32,000 nt of DNA from the NCBI RefSeq assembly GCF_000196555.1, contig NC_015067.1, positions 2,130,001 to 2,162,000 of the forward strand, given 5' to 3'. Source of the DNA: Bifidobacterium longum subsp. longum JCM 1217. GTDB taxonomy: Bacteria; Actinomycetota; Actinomycetes; Actinomycetales; Bifidobacteriaceae. Below the pieces are notes generated by a model. That model saw only the letters and a program-made list of their open reading frames with translations, ran no database searches and was not told where the DNA came from. The position numbers and the translations under genes were made by a program. The first letter of the stretch is position 1; every line of letters begins with the position of its first letter. Positions 8,953-16,955 of this stretch are shown here, piece after piece.

Positions 8953-9774
8953 TCACGCCCGAACGATTACGTTGCGCAGATCACCGATGCCTTCGACGTG
9001 CACGATGGTCTCGTCGCCTGGGTCGAGGTGGCCAGAGGCGTTCGGGGTGCCGGTCATGATGACGTCGCCAGGCAGCAGCGTGGAGAACGACGAAATCGCG
9101 GCAATCTGCTCGGGGATGCCGTGAATCAGGTTCGCGGTGGTGCCAGACGCCATCGGCACATCCTCGCCGTTCAGCGTGAAGGAAATCTTGGCGTCCTTCC
9201 AGTCGAGGTCGTCACGCATCACGATCCACGGGCCAAGCGGGCAGGAGGTGTCGAAGCCCTTGGCTCGCGTCCACGTGGGGTCGATGCCCTGCAGATCGCG
9301 CAACGTCACGTCGTTCACGCAGGTGAAGCCGAGCACGTAATCCATCGCGTTTTCAACGGACACGTTCTTGGCGATGCGTCCCATCACCACGGCCACTTCC
9401 GGCTCGAAGTTCATGTCCTTGGAGCAGGCCGGGTACACAATCGGGTCGTCGGGGCCGATTACCGAGGTGGACGGCTTGGTGAAGATCACCATGTCCTCCG
9501 GCGCGTGGGCGATTTCGGAGTGGCCGGCCTCGTGCATGAACTGGGCGTGGGCCTCGTAGTTCTTGGCCAGACCGTAAACCTTGGAGGGGATCACCGGGGA
9601 AAGCAGGCGGATGCCGTCGCCGTCGACCGGGTAACGAGTGCCGGTGGGCTTGACCTGGTCGCCGGCCAGCGGATGACCGTCGAGTTCGATGAGGTAGTCC
9701 TTGCCGTCCGTTTCGTCCTTTTGTACGAAGGCGTAGCGCGGCGAATCATTCAAAGAAAAACGTGCGAGTCTCAT
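8953..9774 (-). CDS. Fumarylacetoacetate hydrolase (FAH) family protein
   Basis: FAH-family blocks: FTCVNDVTLRDLQ, RAKGFDTSCPLGPW and LLPGDVIMTGTPNASG...VEGIGDLRN. I place the start at ATG 9774 (MRLARFSL); the ORF-track start at 9831 adds 19 unlikely residues. Confidence 0.85.
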   Translation of the reverse strand: MRLARFSLNDSPRYAFVQKDETDGKDYLIELDGHPLAGDQVKPTGTRYPVDGDGIRLLSPVIPSKVYGLAKNYEAHAQFMHEAGHSEIAHAPEDMVIFTKPSTSVIGPDDPIVYPACSKDMNFEPEVAVVMGRIAKNVSVENAMDYVLGFTCVNDVTLRDLQGIDPTWTRAKGFDTSCPLGPWIVMRDDLDWKDAKISFTLNGEDVPMASGTTANLIHGIPEQIAAISSFSTLLPGDVIMTGTPNASGHLDPGDETIVHVEGIGDLRNVIVRA

Positions 9775-9876
9775 GCCTGTAAGCCTACTCCTTGGCGGTT
9801 CCTTCCGCAGAAGCATCCGTCCAAGGAGCAAGCAGACCGGCCTTCAATCGACCAAAACGCACGTTCGCTGGGATTG

Positions 9877-11085
9877 CTACTTTTCGGTCCAGGTTTTGTC
9901 ATACAGCGACTGGCCGCTTTGCGTGTGCATGATGACGCGCAATGATGCCTTGCCGCTGGAGGTCTTGCACATCGAGCCCAGCAGATTCGCGGTGGATTGA
10001 TAGGTGCTGTCCATAGCATCCAGTGAGGAAGCGAAGGTATCGCCTAGCGAGGCGTAGCTGTCGTCGAGCACGTACTCGTACACCAAGGTGTCACCGTCGA
10101 CACGGTAGTTGAAGGTGATGCCGGTGTCTGCAAACGTATCCGCTTCGGATTCAATGGAGTCCTTGAATTCCAAAGAGTCGACGAAATCCTGAATCGAATC
10201 GTACAGCCCATAATCGCCGTCGGTTAGATCGTCATGGGTTTCGCCCAACGTGTCGTCCAGCACATCGTCAAGATTATCTTGAGCTTTGCTCTTATCGCTG
10301 CTATCACCGTTGCCCGAAGAGGACTGACTATAGAAGGAATCGGTTTTCGCCTCATCTATAGCCTTGCTGGCATACGAGGCACCGCCGACGATCAGCGCGA
10401 TGACCAGTATTACCTGTATCACCATGCCCGCCGCACTGATGATGATGCCGGCGATGGCCAAGCCCTTGCCCTTGCCGCCCTGTTTCTTAATCTGGTTGAG
10501 GCCCACGATGCTCAGGATCAGACCGAGGAGTGAGACAAGGAACGAGCAGATAAAACCGGCAATAGCCAGACCGTTGTACTTCTGGTTCGCTTCAGGCGGC
10601 ACACTGCCGTAAGAACCAGACCATCCCGGCTGGCCGTTCGGTTGGCCGCCTTGCATATACGGGTTATAGGGCGTTTGCGGAGGCACGGCCCCGCCGCCCG
10701 GATATACCGGAGCACTGACGCTGCCGTAGACCGGAGGAACCGATCCGCCTGCCGGAGCCGCCCCCGGATAGGGCGCGGGCGCTGCCGGTGCGGGCGCGGG
10801 CGCAGCGGCAGGAGTCACTGGTGGCAAAGCCTGCGTAGGCGGTACCGGCTGATTGGCCGGTGCAAAAGGCTGGGTGGGCTGCTCGGCAGGTGTAAACGCC
10901 TGTGTAGGCTGCTCAACAGGAGTGAACGCTTGAGTGGACTGTTCGCCCGCTGCGATTGCTTGGGTTGGAGCATTGTTGGCGGCGGTTCCCGTTTCCGCCG
11001 TCATCGCATTTAACGGCTCAGTCGGATTGGCGTCAGCTTGCTGCCACGGCACCTGGCCGTTCGGATTGACATTCGGATCAGTCAT
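9877..11085 (-). CDS. Proline/glutamine-rich membrane protein (DUF4190-like double TM core, acidic C-terminal extracellular domain)
   Basis: The N-terminal low-complexity region has tandem units QSTQAFTPVEQPTQAFTPAEQPTQPFAP (about 10848-10944). Two TM helices follow (LAIAGFICSFLVSLLGLILSIVG and LAIAGIIISAAGMVIQVILVIALIVGG), then a D/S-rich domain. ATG 11085 (MTDPNVNP) is the likely start. Confidence 0.7.
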   Translation of the reverse strand: MTDPNVNPNGQVPWQQADANPTEPLNAMTAETGTAANNAPTQAIAAGEQSTQAFTPVEQPTQAFTPAEQPTQPFAPANQPVPPTQALPPVTPAAAPAPAPAAPAPYPGAAPAGGSVPPVYGSVSAPVYPGGGAVPPQTPYNPYMQGGQPNGQPGWSGSYGSVPPEANQKYNGLAIAGFICSFLVSLLGLILSIVGLNQIKKQGGKGKGLAIAGIIISAAGMVIQVILVIALIVGGASYASKAIDEAKTDSFYSQSSSGNGDSSDKSKAQDNLDDVLDDTLGETHDDLTDGDYGLYDSIQDFVDSLEFKDSIESEADTFADTGITFNYRVDGDTLVYEYVLDDSYASLGDTFASSLDAMDSTYQSTANLLGSMCKTSSGKASLRVIMHTQSGQSLYDKTWTEK

Positions 11086-11352
11086 GACATGCACTCCTTC
11101 AACTGCATCGCACCCCACTTGCGAGATGCGCCCCTCGTCTTACGCGCCACATTGTGCGTTACAGACAACTGTACTCCTCGTGGCGAGCCTTAAGTACCCC
11201 AGGAAATTTGTCCCCGTCATCGACGCGACGTGGCACTTTACCAATTCAGTCAAATAATTGCTTCACGAACACCAATCACGCTCAAACTTTGTGCATTTGG
11301 CGCGGTCTCCAAACCAGCTGTTCAAACCACTCTCTGCGGAGCGATTCTTGCG

Positions 11353-12897
11353 TCAGAAGACGGGCAGCCCCTCGACTGGCTCGTAGCGCGTGGCGCGGCC
11401 ACGACCACGAGATTGCGCAAAGCCGTCTTCAACGAGACTTTTCAGCAGTGCCCGAGCACGCGAGACCCCTAATTCCATATGCTCCGCTAATTCGGAAGTT
11501 GATATGCTGCCTTGACTCACAAGATACTGTAGCGCTTCTGATTCCGATTTGGAGAGGTGTCCCACGGAAGTCCAGGATTTCATGGACTCGCTATTTGCTG
11601 GCGTCATAACAGATCCGCCAAGGTTTGTGTACCGTACTACAAGTTTTACGCGATCAGGACGAGTTAGCACTTCCAGCAGTGGATGCGGCGCGCCAACAGA
11701 ATCACAACCAGCTCGCATCACATCAAAGCCACTTCCTGCTTTTTCACCGATACCGATGAGAAAAAACATTTTCATGAGGATAGGATTGCGTGCATCAGAT
11801 ATTCCACCTTGCTCCGCCTCGGCCTTTGTAACACGGAGCCGCCCAGGATTGGTGAACTCGATGGTTGATTGGCGCCTAATAATCACAGTGCCTCTTCTAC
11901 CCATATAGTCCGCATGAACGATAGCGTTGGTTAACGCCTCGCGAATAGTGATTTCCATGGGATTTTCATCCATACGTCGCGCTTCTCCGTCCAAACGGAA
12001 TGGGCGCGGCACCGCCTGCCGCAGCCTACCATATACTGACTGCCAAAAATCGTATAAGTTGCCGGACCAAATTCCGTCAGTAGAGGTAATGCGATCATCC
12101 CAACGATCGAGTCCAATTTCTTCACGATAGTCAAGGAAATAATTTGCGAATTCCCGCACGATATCATATTCGCGCCCAAACATCAGCAATCCAGCAATAG
12201 TTGGATGCAACTGATTATCTTTGGTAGAACGAGCGAGCGCCTGCAGACGCACGAGAAAATCTTCGTCATTGAGGTTACGCCACGGATGGTTCGGGCGAAT
12301 CCTTTGAAAATAAGAACGGTACGAGGCAATCGTGCCTGAATCCAATGCGGCACTACCCAAATCTTCCACGATACGAAGATCCTGAGGAGTGTCACTGCCA
12401 TCGCGAAACATTGCTTTGACTTCATCCCGGTCGCAATGGTAGTCACCCTCGTTATTCCTTCTGAAGGTGCCCCTATGCTGTTCCCGGCTAAAAGGATCAG
12501 CGCCCACATATATAGGCATGATCTCCCGCCCTGCACGAGGGACATGAATCACGATGAAATCACCGGACGATCCATGTCGAATCACAACATCTTGGTCGGA
12601 AAGTACTGTGGCGTTGACCTTGGAACGGTCATTGACAGTATTCCAAAAATCCCGTTTGAGCTTTTCTGCATCCGTTACCCCTGTTACATTCAATTCTCGT
12701 CGCGAGTTCTCTGAAACACCAAGAAGAATAAGACCGCCATCAGAGTTGGCAAATGCACTATACGTATCCCATAGACTGTCTGGTAATTTGTCTTTGGCCT
12801 TTTTCGCCTCAATACAATTATCTTCTCGAAGTAGCCTCACATCCGACTCGGAAAGGCTGGCAAGAGAAATCAACTCAATAACGTCAGAATTCGCCAC
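11353..12897 (-). CDS. AlbA_2 (Schlafen-like) + HATPase_c_4 + C-terminal wHTH protein (COG2865-type putative regulator; often mis-annotated as RecG-like)
   Basis: 514-aa ORF with a GTG start. N-terminus: ESDVRLLREDNCIEAKKAKDKLPDSLWDTYSAFANSDGGLILLGV (AlbA_2 pattern). Centre: IREALTNAIVHADYMGRRGTVIIRRQSTIEFTNPGRL (HATPase_c_4 pattern). C-terminus: SISTSELAEHMELGVSRARALLKSLVEDGF (wHTH). It is visibly AT-richer than its neighbours. Confidence 0.75.
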   Translation of the reverse strand: MANSDVIELISLASLSESDVRLLREDNCIEAKKAKDKLPDSLWDTYSAFANSDGGLILLGVSENSRRELNVTGVTDAEKLKRDFWNTVNDRSKVNATVLSDQDVVIRHGSSGDFIVIHVPRAGREIMPIYVGADPFSREQHRGTFRRNNEGDYHCDRDEVKAMFRDGSDTPQDLRIVEDLGSAALDSGTIASYRSYFQRIRPNHPWRNLNDEDFLVRLQALARSTKDNQLHPTIAGLLMFGREYDIVREFANYFLDYREEIGLDRWDDRITSTDGIWSGNLYDFWQSVYGRLRQAVPRPFRLDGEARRMDENPMEITIREALTNAIVHADYMGRRGTVIIRRQSTIEFTNPGRLRVTKAEAEQGGISDARNPILMKMFFLIGIGEKAGSGFDVMRAGCDSVGAPHPLLEVLTRPDRVKLVVRYTNLGGSVMTPANSESMKSWTSVGHLSKSESEALQYLVSQGSISTSELAEHMELGVSRARALLKSLVEDGFAQSRGRGRATRYEPVEGLPVF

Positions 12898-12980
12898 TTT
12901 ATACGCCTTTCCGCCAGTCTACCGCCACTTTATACGCCTTTCCGCCAGTCTACCGCCACTTTATACGCCTTTCCGCCAGT
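12893..12980. repeat. 31-bp tandem repeat, 2.8 copies, overlapping the start codon of the AlbA_2 gene
   Basis: The unit GCCACTTTATACGCCTTTCCGCCAGTCTACC starts at 12893, 12924 and 12955. The last copy is 26 nt. The two full copies are identical. Confidence 0.95.
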
Positions 12981-13051
12981 TTTTCATTCTGGGGAAGCCG
13001 AGCCATGTTCAAGCAGCGTCATCCCCCCACTTGCAACGTTAAAAACACAAA

Positions 13052-13099
13052 AGCCTGAAACCGGCTATTGCCTCAGCAATATTCAGTCGGTTTCAGGCT
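13052..13099 (-). terminator. Intrinsic terminator of glf
   Basis: 12-bp perfect arms AGCCTGAAACCG and CGGTTTCAGGCT. On the minus strand they are followed by TTTTGTGTTTTT. The site is 31 nt downstream of the glf stop. Confidence 0.8.
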
Positions 13100-13129
13100 C
13101 AATCGTTAATCCTCTGGCGAAACGACGGT

Positions 13130-14341
13130 CTACTTCTTCAGTAGCGGTGCGACTTGCTCCTCGTAAGCGGTCAGGGCGGTGTCGATCACGTTGTGCATGT
13201 CGTAGTACTTGTACGTGCCCAGACGACCGCCGAACACGGTGTTCGGCTCGGCCTTGGCCTTGGCCTCGTACTGGGCGTACAGTGCCTTGTCCGCATCCGT
13301 GTTGACCGGGTAGTACGGCTCGTCGCCGCGTTCGGCGAAACGGCTGTATTCCTCCCACACCACGGTCTTGTTCGGGTTCTGGGCATCGCGGCGCTCCGGG
13401 TTGAAGTTCTTGAACTCGATGGCGCGCGTGTACGGCACGTCCGCGTCGGAGAAGTTCATCACCGGGCAGCCGAAGTGGTCGCCCTCATCGTAGCGGACCT
13501 CCTTGAAGTCCACCGTGCGCCACTTGAGGTCGCCGAGCTCATAGTCGAAGTAACGGTCCACCGGGCCCGTGTACACGACGGGCACGCCAGCCGCCTGCAG
13601 CGCCTTCTTGTTGTACGGCTGGGACTCGTCGAAGAAGTCCACGCCGAGCTCCACGGTGATGCGCGGGTCGTCGATCATCTTCTCCATCCACGCGGTGTAG
13701 CCGTCGGCGGGCAGGCCCTCCCACGTGTCCTTGAAGTAGCGGTTGTCGTAGTTAAAGCGCACGGGCAGGCGCTTGATGATGTCGGCCGGCAGCTCGGAGG
13801 GGTCGGTCTGCCACTGCTTGCCGGTGTAGTTCTTGATGAACGCCTCGTACAGCGGGCGGCCGATGAGCTGAATGCCCTTGTCGTTCAGGTTGGCCGGATC
13901 GGTGCCGGCCAGCTCGCCCGCCTGCTCTGCGATGAGCTTCTGCGCCTCGGACGGCGTGTAATGCGCGTGGAAGAACTGGTTGATGGTGCCGAGGTTGATG
14001 GGCAGCGGGTAGACCTCGCCGTCATGCGTGGCGTACACGCGGTGCACGTAGTTCGTGAACGAGGTGAAACGGTTCACGTAGTCCCACACGCGCTTGTTGG
14101 AGGTGTGGAACAAGTGCGCGCCGTACTTGTGGATCTCCGCGCCGGTCTCCTCGTCCATATACGAGTAGGCGTTGCCGCCGATGTGGTCACGGATATCGAT
14201 GATGTGCACGCGGGCGCCGGTGTGCTCCACCGCCTGCTGCGCCACCGTCAGGCCAAACAGGCCCGCGCCGACGATGACCAAATCCGGGTACTGCGCGCCC
14301 TCCGACGGGCCGTGCTGCGTATTCTCCGCCGCATTTGCCAT
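13130..14341 (-). CDS. glf: UDP-galactopyranose mutase
   Basis: 403-aa ORF with an N-terminal FAD fold (DLVIVGAGLFGLTVA...IDIRDHIGGNAYS) and Glf-typical blocks YGAHLFHT, YTGKQW and FGGRLGTYKYYDM. Confidence 0.95.
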   Translation of the reverse strand: MANAAENTQHGPSEGAQYPDLVIVGAGLFGLTVAQQAVEHTGARVHIIDIRDHIGGNAYSYMDEETGAEIHKYGAHLFHTSNKRVWDYVNRFTSFTNYVHRVYATHDGEVYPLPINLGTINQFFHAHYTPSEAQKLIAEQAGELAGTDPANLNDKGIQLIGRPLYEAFIKNYTGKQWQTDPSELPADIIKRLPVRFNYDNRYFKDTWEGLPADGYTAWMEKMIDDPRITVELGVDFFDESQPYNKKALQAAGVPVVYTGPVDRYFDYELGDLKWRTVDFKEVRYDEGDHFGCPVMNFSDADVPYTRAIEFKNFNPERRDAQNPNKTVVWEEYSRFAERGDEPYYPVNTDADKALYAQYEAKAKAEPNTVFGGRLGTYKYYDMHNVIDTALTAYEEQVAPLLKK

Positions 14342-14607
14342 GACTCAAAACCTTTCAACCGGCATGTGCGATTCCACACGCGTTTCATTGTCCACCAGTG
14401 TAGCGAGAAGCACCTATGTACACATGCGATTCCGAATTCAGCGGCTCCTATAGGCTTCGGGCTTCCGGCTTGCGCAGGCTGGGTTTCGGCTTTACTTGGT
14501 TCACGCGCGACGTGCGCCTACCCTGTGACATACTGTTCATGTCCGCATAAACAGGGCGGCCTGCCGGCTACGACCGCAGGGCGCAGACACGTGAAGAAGG
14601 ATTCGCC

Positions 14608-15639
14608 ATGACGCAGGTTTCGCCGCTTGTCTCGATCATCGTGCCGGTGTACAACGCCGAGAGATACCTGCGTTACTGCGTGGACTCGATTCTTCAGCAG
14701 TCGTATGAGCATCTGGAGATCATCCTCGTGGACGACGGCGCCACCGATTCCAGCCCGATGATTCTGGACGAATACCAGCGGCGAGACAATCGCGTGCGCG
14801 TTATCCACCAGACGAATGGTGGCATCGCGAAGGCGCAGAACGCCGGATTGGATGCGGCGCACGGCGATTACATCGCGTTCGCCGACAACGACGACATCCT
14901 CGACCGCCGCAACATCGAACTGCTGCTGCACGCGCTGATTTCGACCGGCGCGGACATGAGCAAGGCCCGCTGGAGGCAGTTCGGCGTCTCCCAAATCGAG
15001 GAAGTCGCGATGAAAGCCCGTGAAGGCGCCGCCGAACCTGAACATGTGAGCGTGTTCACGAATCCGCTGAACGCCTACCAGACCGTATTCTGCAAGAGCC
15101 TGCGCCTGATCGGCGACAAGCTTGGCCACAACACGGAGGCCCGCTATTTCAACGAGGCGAACTGGTGCCGCCTGTACAAGCGCGAACTATGGGACGGCGT
15201 GCGATTCCCGGAAGGCATGTACGCGCAGGACACAGCTATCGCAGGACACCTGTACGTGCGTATGAACAAAGTGGCGGATATTGACGTGAACCTGTACAAC
15301 TGGCTTCAGCGCCCGGAATCCGTAACACACCAAAAGCGTGACTTCGCGTTCCACCACGACCACATCACTGCGGCATCAGATAATTTCCGTCTCTGTCTTG
15401 ACCGAGGCGTCCTCCCCATGCGTAGCTACTACACGTTGATCGGCGAACTGGAAGCCGAGAGGGAATCTCCTAACTTCCATATTCCAGAAAACCAGCAGCA
15501 GTACGAAACCGACCGTCAGGAAATTAATACCCTACTAGCCAATCTCACCCGCGCACAGCGCATACGGTGCGCCGTCATCCAGCGCATTCGTCTGTTTGAG
15601 AAGTATATCTACGACCGCAGAATCAAAAATATGCGATAA
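14608..15639 (+). CDS. Family 2 glycosyltransferase
   Basis: 343-aa ORF with VSIIVPVYNAERYLRYCVDSILQQSYEHLEIILVDDGATDSS and a DxD-type FADNDD motif. GAAGAAGGA RBS is present. It is divergent from glf, so a galactofuranosyl transferase role is only a guess. Confidence 0.85.
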   Translation: MTQVSPLVSIIVPVYNAERYLRYCVDSILQQSYEHLEIILVDDGATDSSPMILDEYQRRDNRVRVIHQTNGGIAKAQNAGLDAAHGDYIAFADNDDILDRRNIELLLHALISTGADMSKARWRQFGVSQIEEVAMKAREGAAEPEHVSVFTNPLNAYQTVFCKSLRLIGDKLGHNTEARYFNEANWCRLYKRELWDGVRFPEGMYAQDTAIAGHLYVRMNKVADIDVNLYNWLQRPESVTHQKRDFAFHHDHITAASDNFRLCLDRGVLPMRSYYTLIGELEAERESPNFHIPENQQQYETDRQEINTLLANLTRAQRIRCAVIQRIRLFEKYIYDRRIKNMR

Positions 15640-15751
15640 ACATTCTTTACTGTACAGTCCTCCTCGTCCAATAAAACAGAGCCCGTTGTCTAGATGGAAG
15701 TGCGATACCCTTTAAATTGGAGATTGTCCAGATAACCAGTGAAAGGGTGTC

Positions 15752-15798
15752 GCACCTTGGGTCAAGTGCATTCGCACCTTGGGTCAAGTGCATTCGCA
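15752..15798. repeat. Perfect 22-bp tandem duplication upstream of the acyltransferase gene
   Basis: GCACCTTGGGTCAAGTGCATTC occurs at 15752-15773 and 15774-15795, followed by a partial GCA. It lies 25 nt upstream of the GGAGG RBS at 15811. Confidence 0.95.
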
Positions 15799-15822
15799 TC
15801 TGTCGGAAGAGGAGGTAGTGGG

Positions 15823-16955
15823 GTGCGCACAGATATCAAGTCGGGAAGAACGGTTCGTCAATCAGGTATCGAATTGCTTCGTATCATCGCCATGTATCTT
15901 ATCGTCGCCCACCATATGGTCAATCACAACAGTTTCGATTTTCTCGGACAGGACAATTCGTTCAGAAAAGTAATTCTCTCCTTATTTGAGTATATTCCGG
16001 GAAAAATCGGCATTGCATTGTTCTTTATAGCTTCGGCATGGTTCCTTTCCTCAGGCAATCAAAGTTTGAAGAAATCCTGCAGGAAAATATGGAAACTGGA
16101 ACGCGCTATCGTATTCTGGAGTCTTACCGCGTTGATCCTGCAATACCATCTTGACCCGGGGACCATACATCTTCAACAGATCATCAGCGCTTTATTCCCT
16201 ACTGTCACACAATTATGGTGGTACACAACCTGCTACGTCCTGTTTCTCATTTTCTTACCGTTCCTTAATCTCAGTTTTAAAAAATAGGACAACATGATCA
16301 CAAAATCCTGGCATTTGTCATGATCATGGTCTGGGGCGCATCATCGTTAATTCCCTACGAGGCGTTGAATATCGGCCTGAACATCATTGGATTCATCTAC
16401 GTATATACGTTGATCACCTACTATCGCTGGTATATGCAACCGCTATCGACAAAAACCGCCCTGATTATCGCGACTGCCTGCACTCTGCTGTTGCTCGCAT
16501 GGAACGTTTCGTTTGAGCTGTTATACACCGATAAGCACGCCGGAGAGTATCAGGCTCTGATGTACATCATGGACAGAGAGTGGTCGCTGCCGATACTCGG
16601 CTTGAGCTTGGGTATGTTCATCATATTTTCCCGCATGCAGTTCCGCTCCCGGATAATCAACACGATCGCTTCATGGACGTTAGGTGTATATCTAATCACA
16701 GACCACAGTTACATACGAGACTTACTGTGGACCCAGTGGTTCGCCTTCGACAAGTACTACCAATCACACTTCCCGGTTGTTATTATGCTGGCAATATCCA
16801 TGCTGGTATTCACAGCAGGACTGGCCCTTGAGGCTGTTCGCAAGATGATGTTTCAACTTATACCGATGGGAGACGGAGTATTTAACTGGTTGTGGAATAG
16901 ATGCAGACTATTCGTCGCCCATTCCACCGGACAGAACGATTCCTCTCTTGACTAG
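15823..16955 (+). pseudogene. Acyltransferase family 3 (OatA/WecH-like O-acyltransferase) gene, split by a frameshift at an A6 tract
   Basis: The N-part begins at GTG 15823 (GGAGG 7 nt upstream) and reads GIELLRIIAMYLIVAHHMVNH, then stops at 16285-16287. The rest continues in the -1 frame, open from 16281 to 16955, with multiple TM segments. Together they give about 375 aa, the normal family length. The break coincides with AAAAAA at 16279-16284. Confidence 0.8.

Noticed and set aside
12893-12980. Possible CRISPR array or coding minisatellite.
   Set aside because: The copies are directly abutting with no unique spacers, there are only 2.8 units, no cas genes are present, and the 31-nt period is not a multiple of three.
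16270-16290. Programmed -1 ribosomal frameshift in the acyltransferase gene at TTT AAA AAA TAG.
   Set aside because: Only six A residues are present and they are preceded by T, so no canonical X XXY YYZ heptamer exists in the zero frame. I saw no obvious downstream stimulatory structure. A DNA-level indel or phase variation is the simpler reading.
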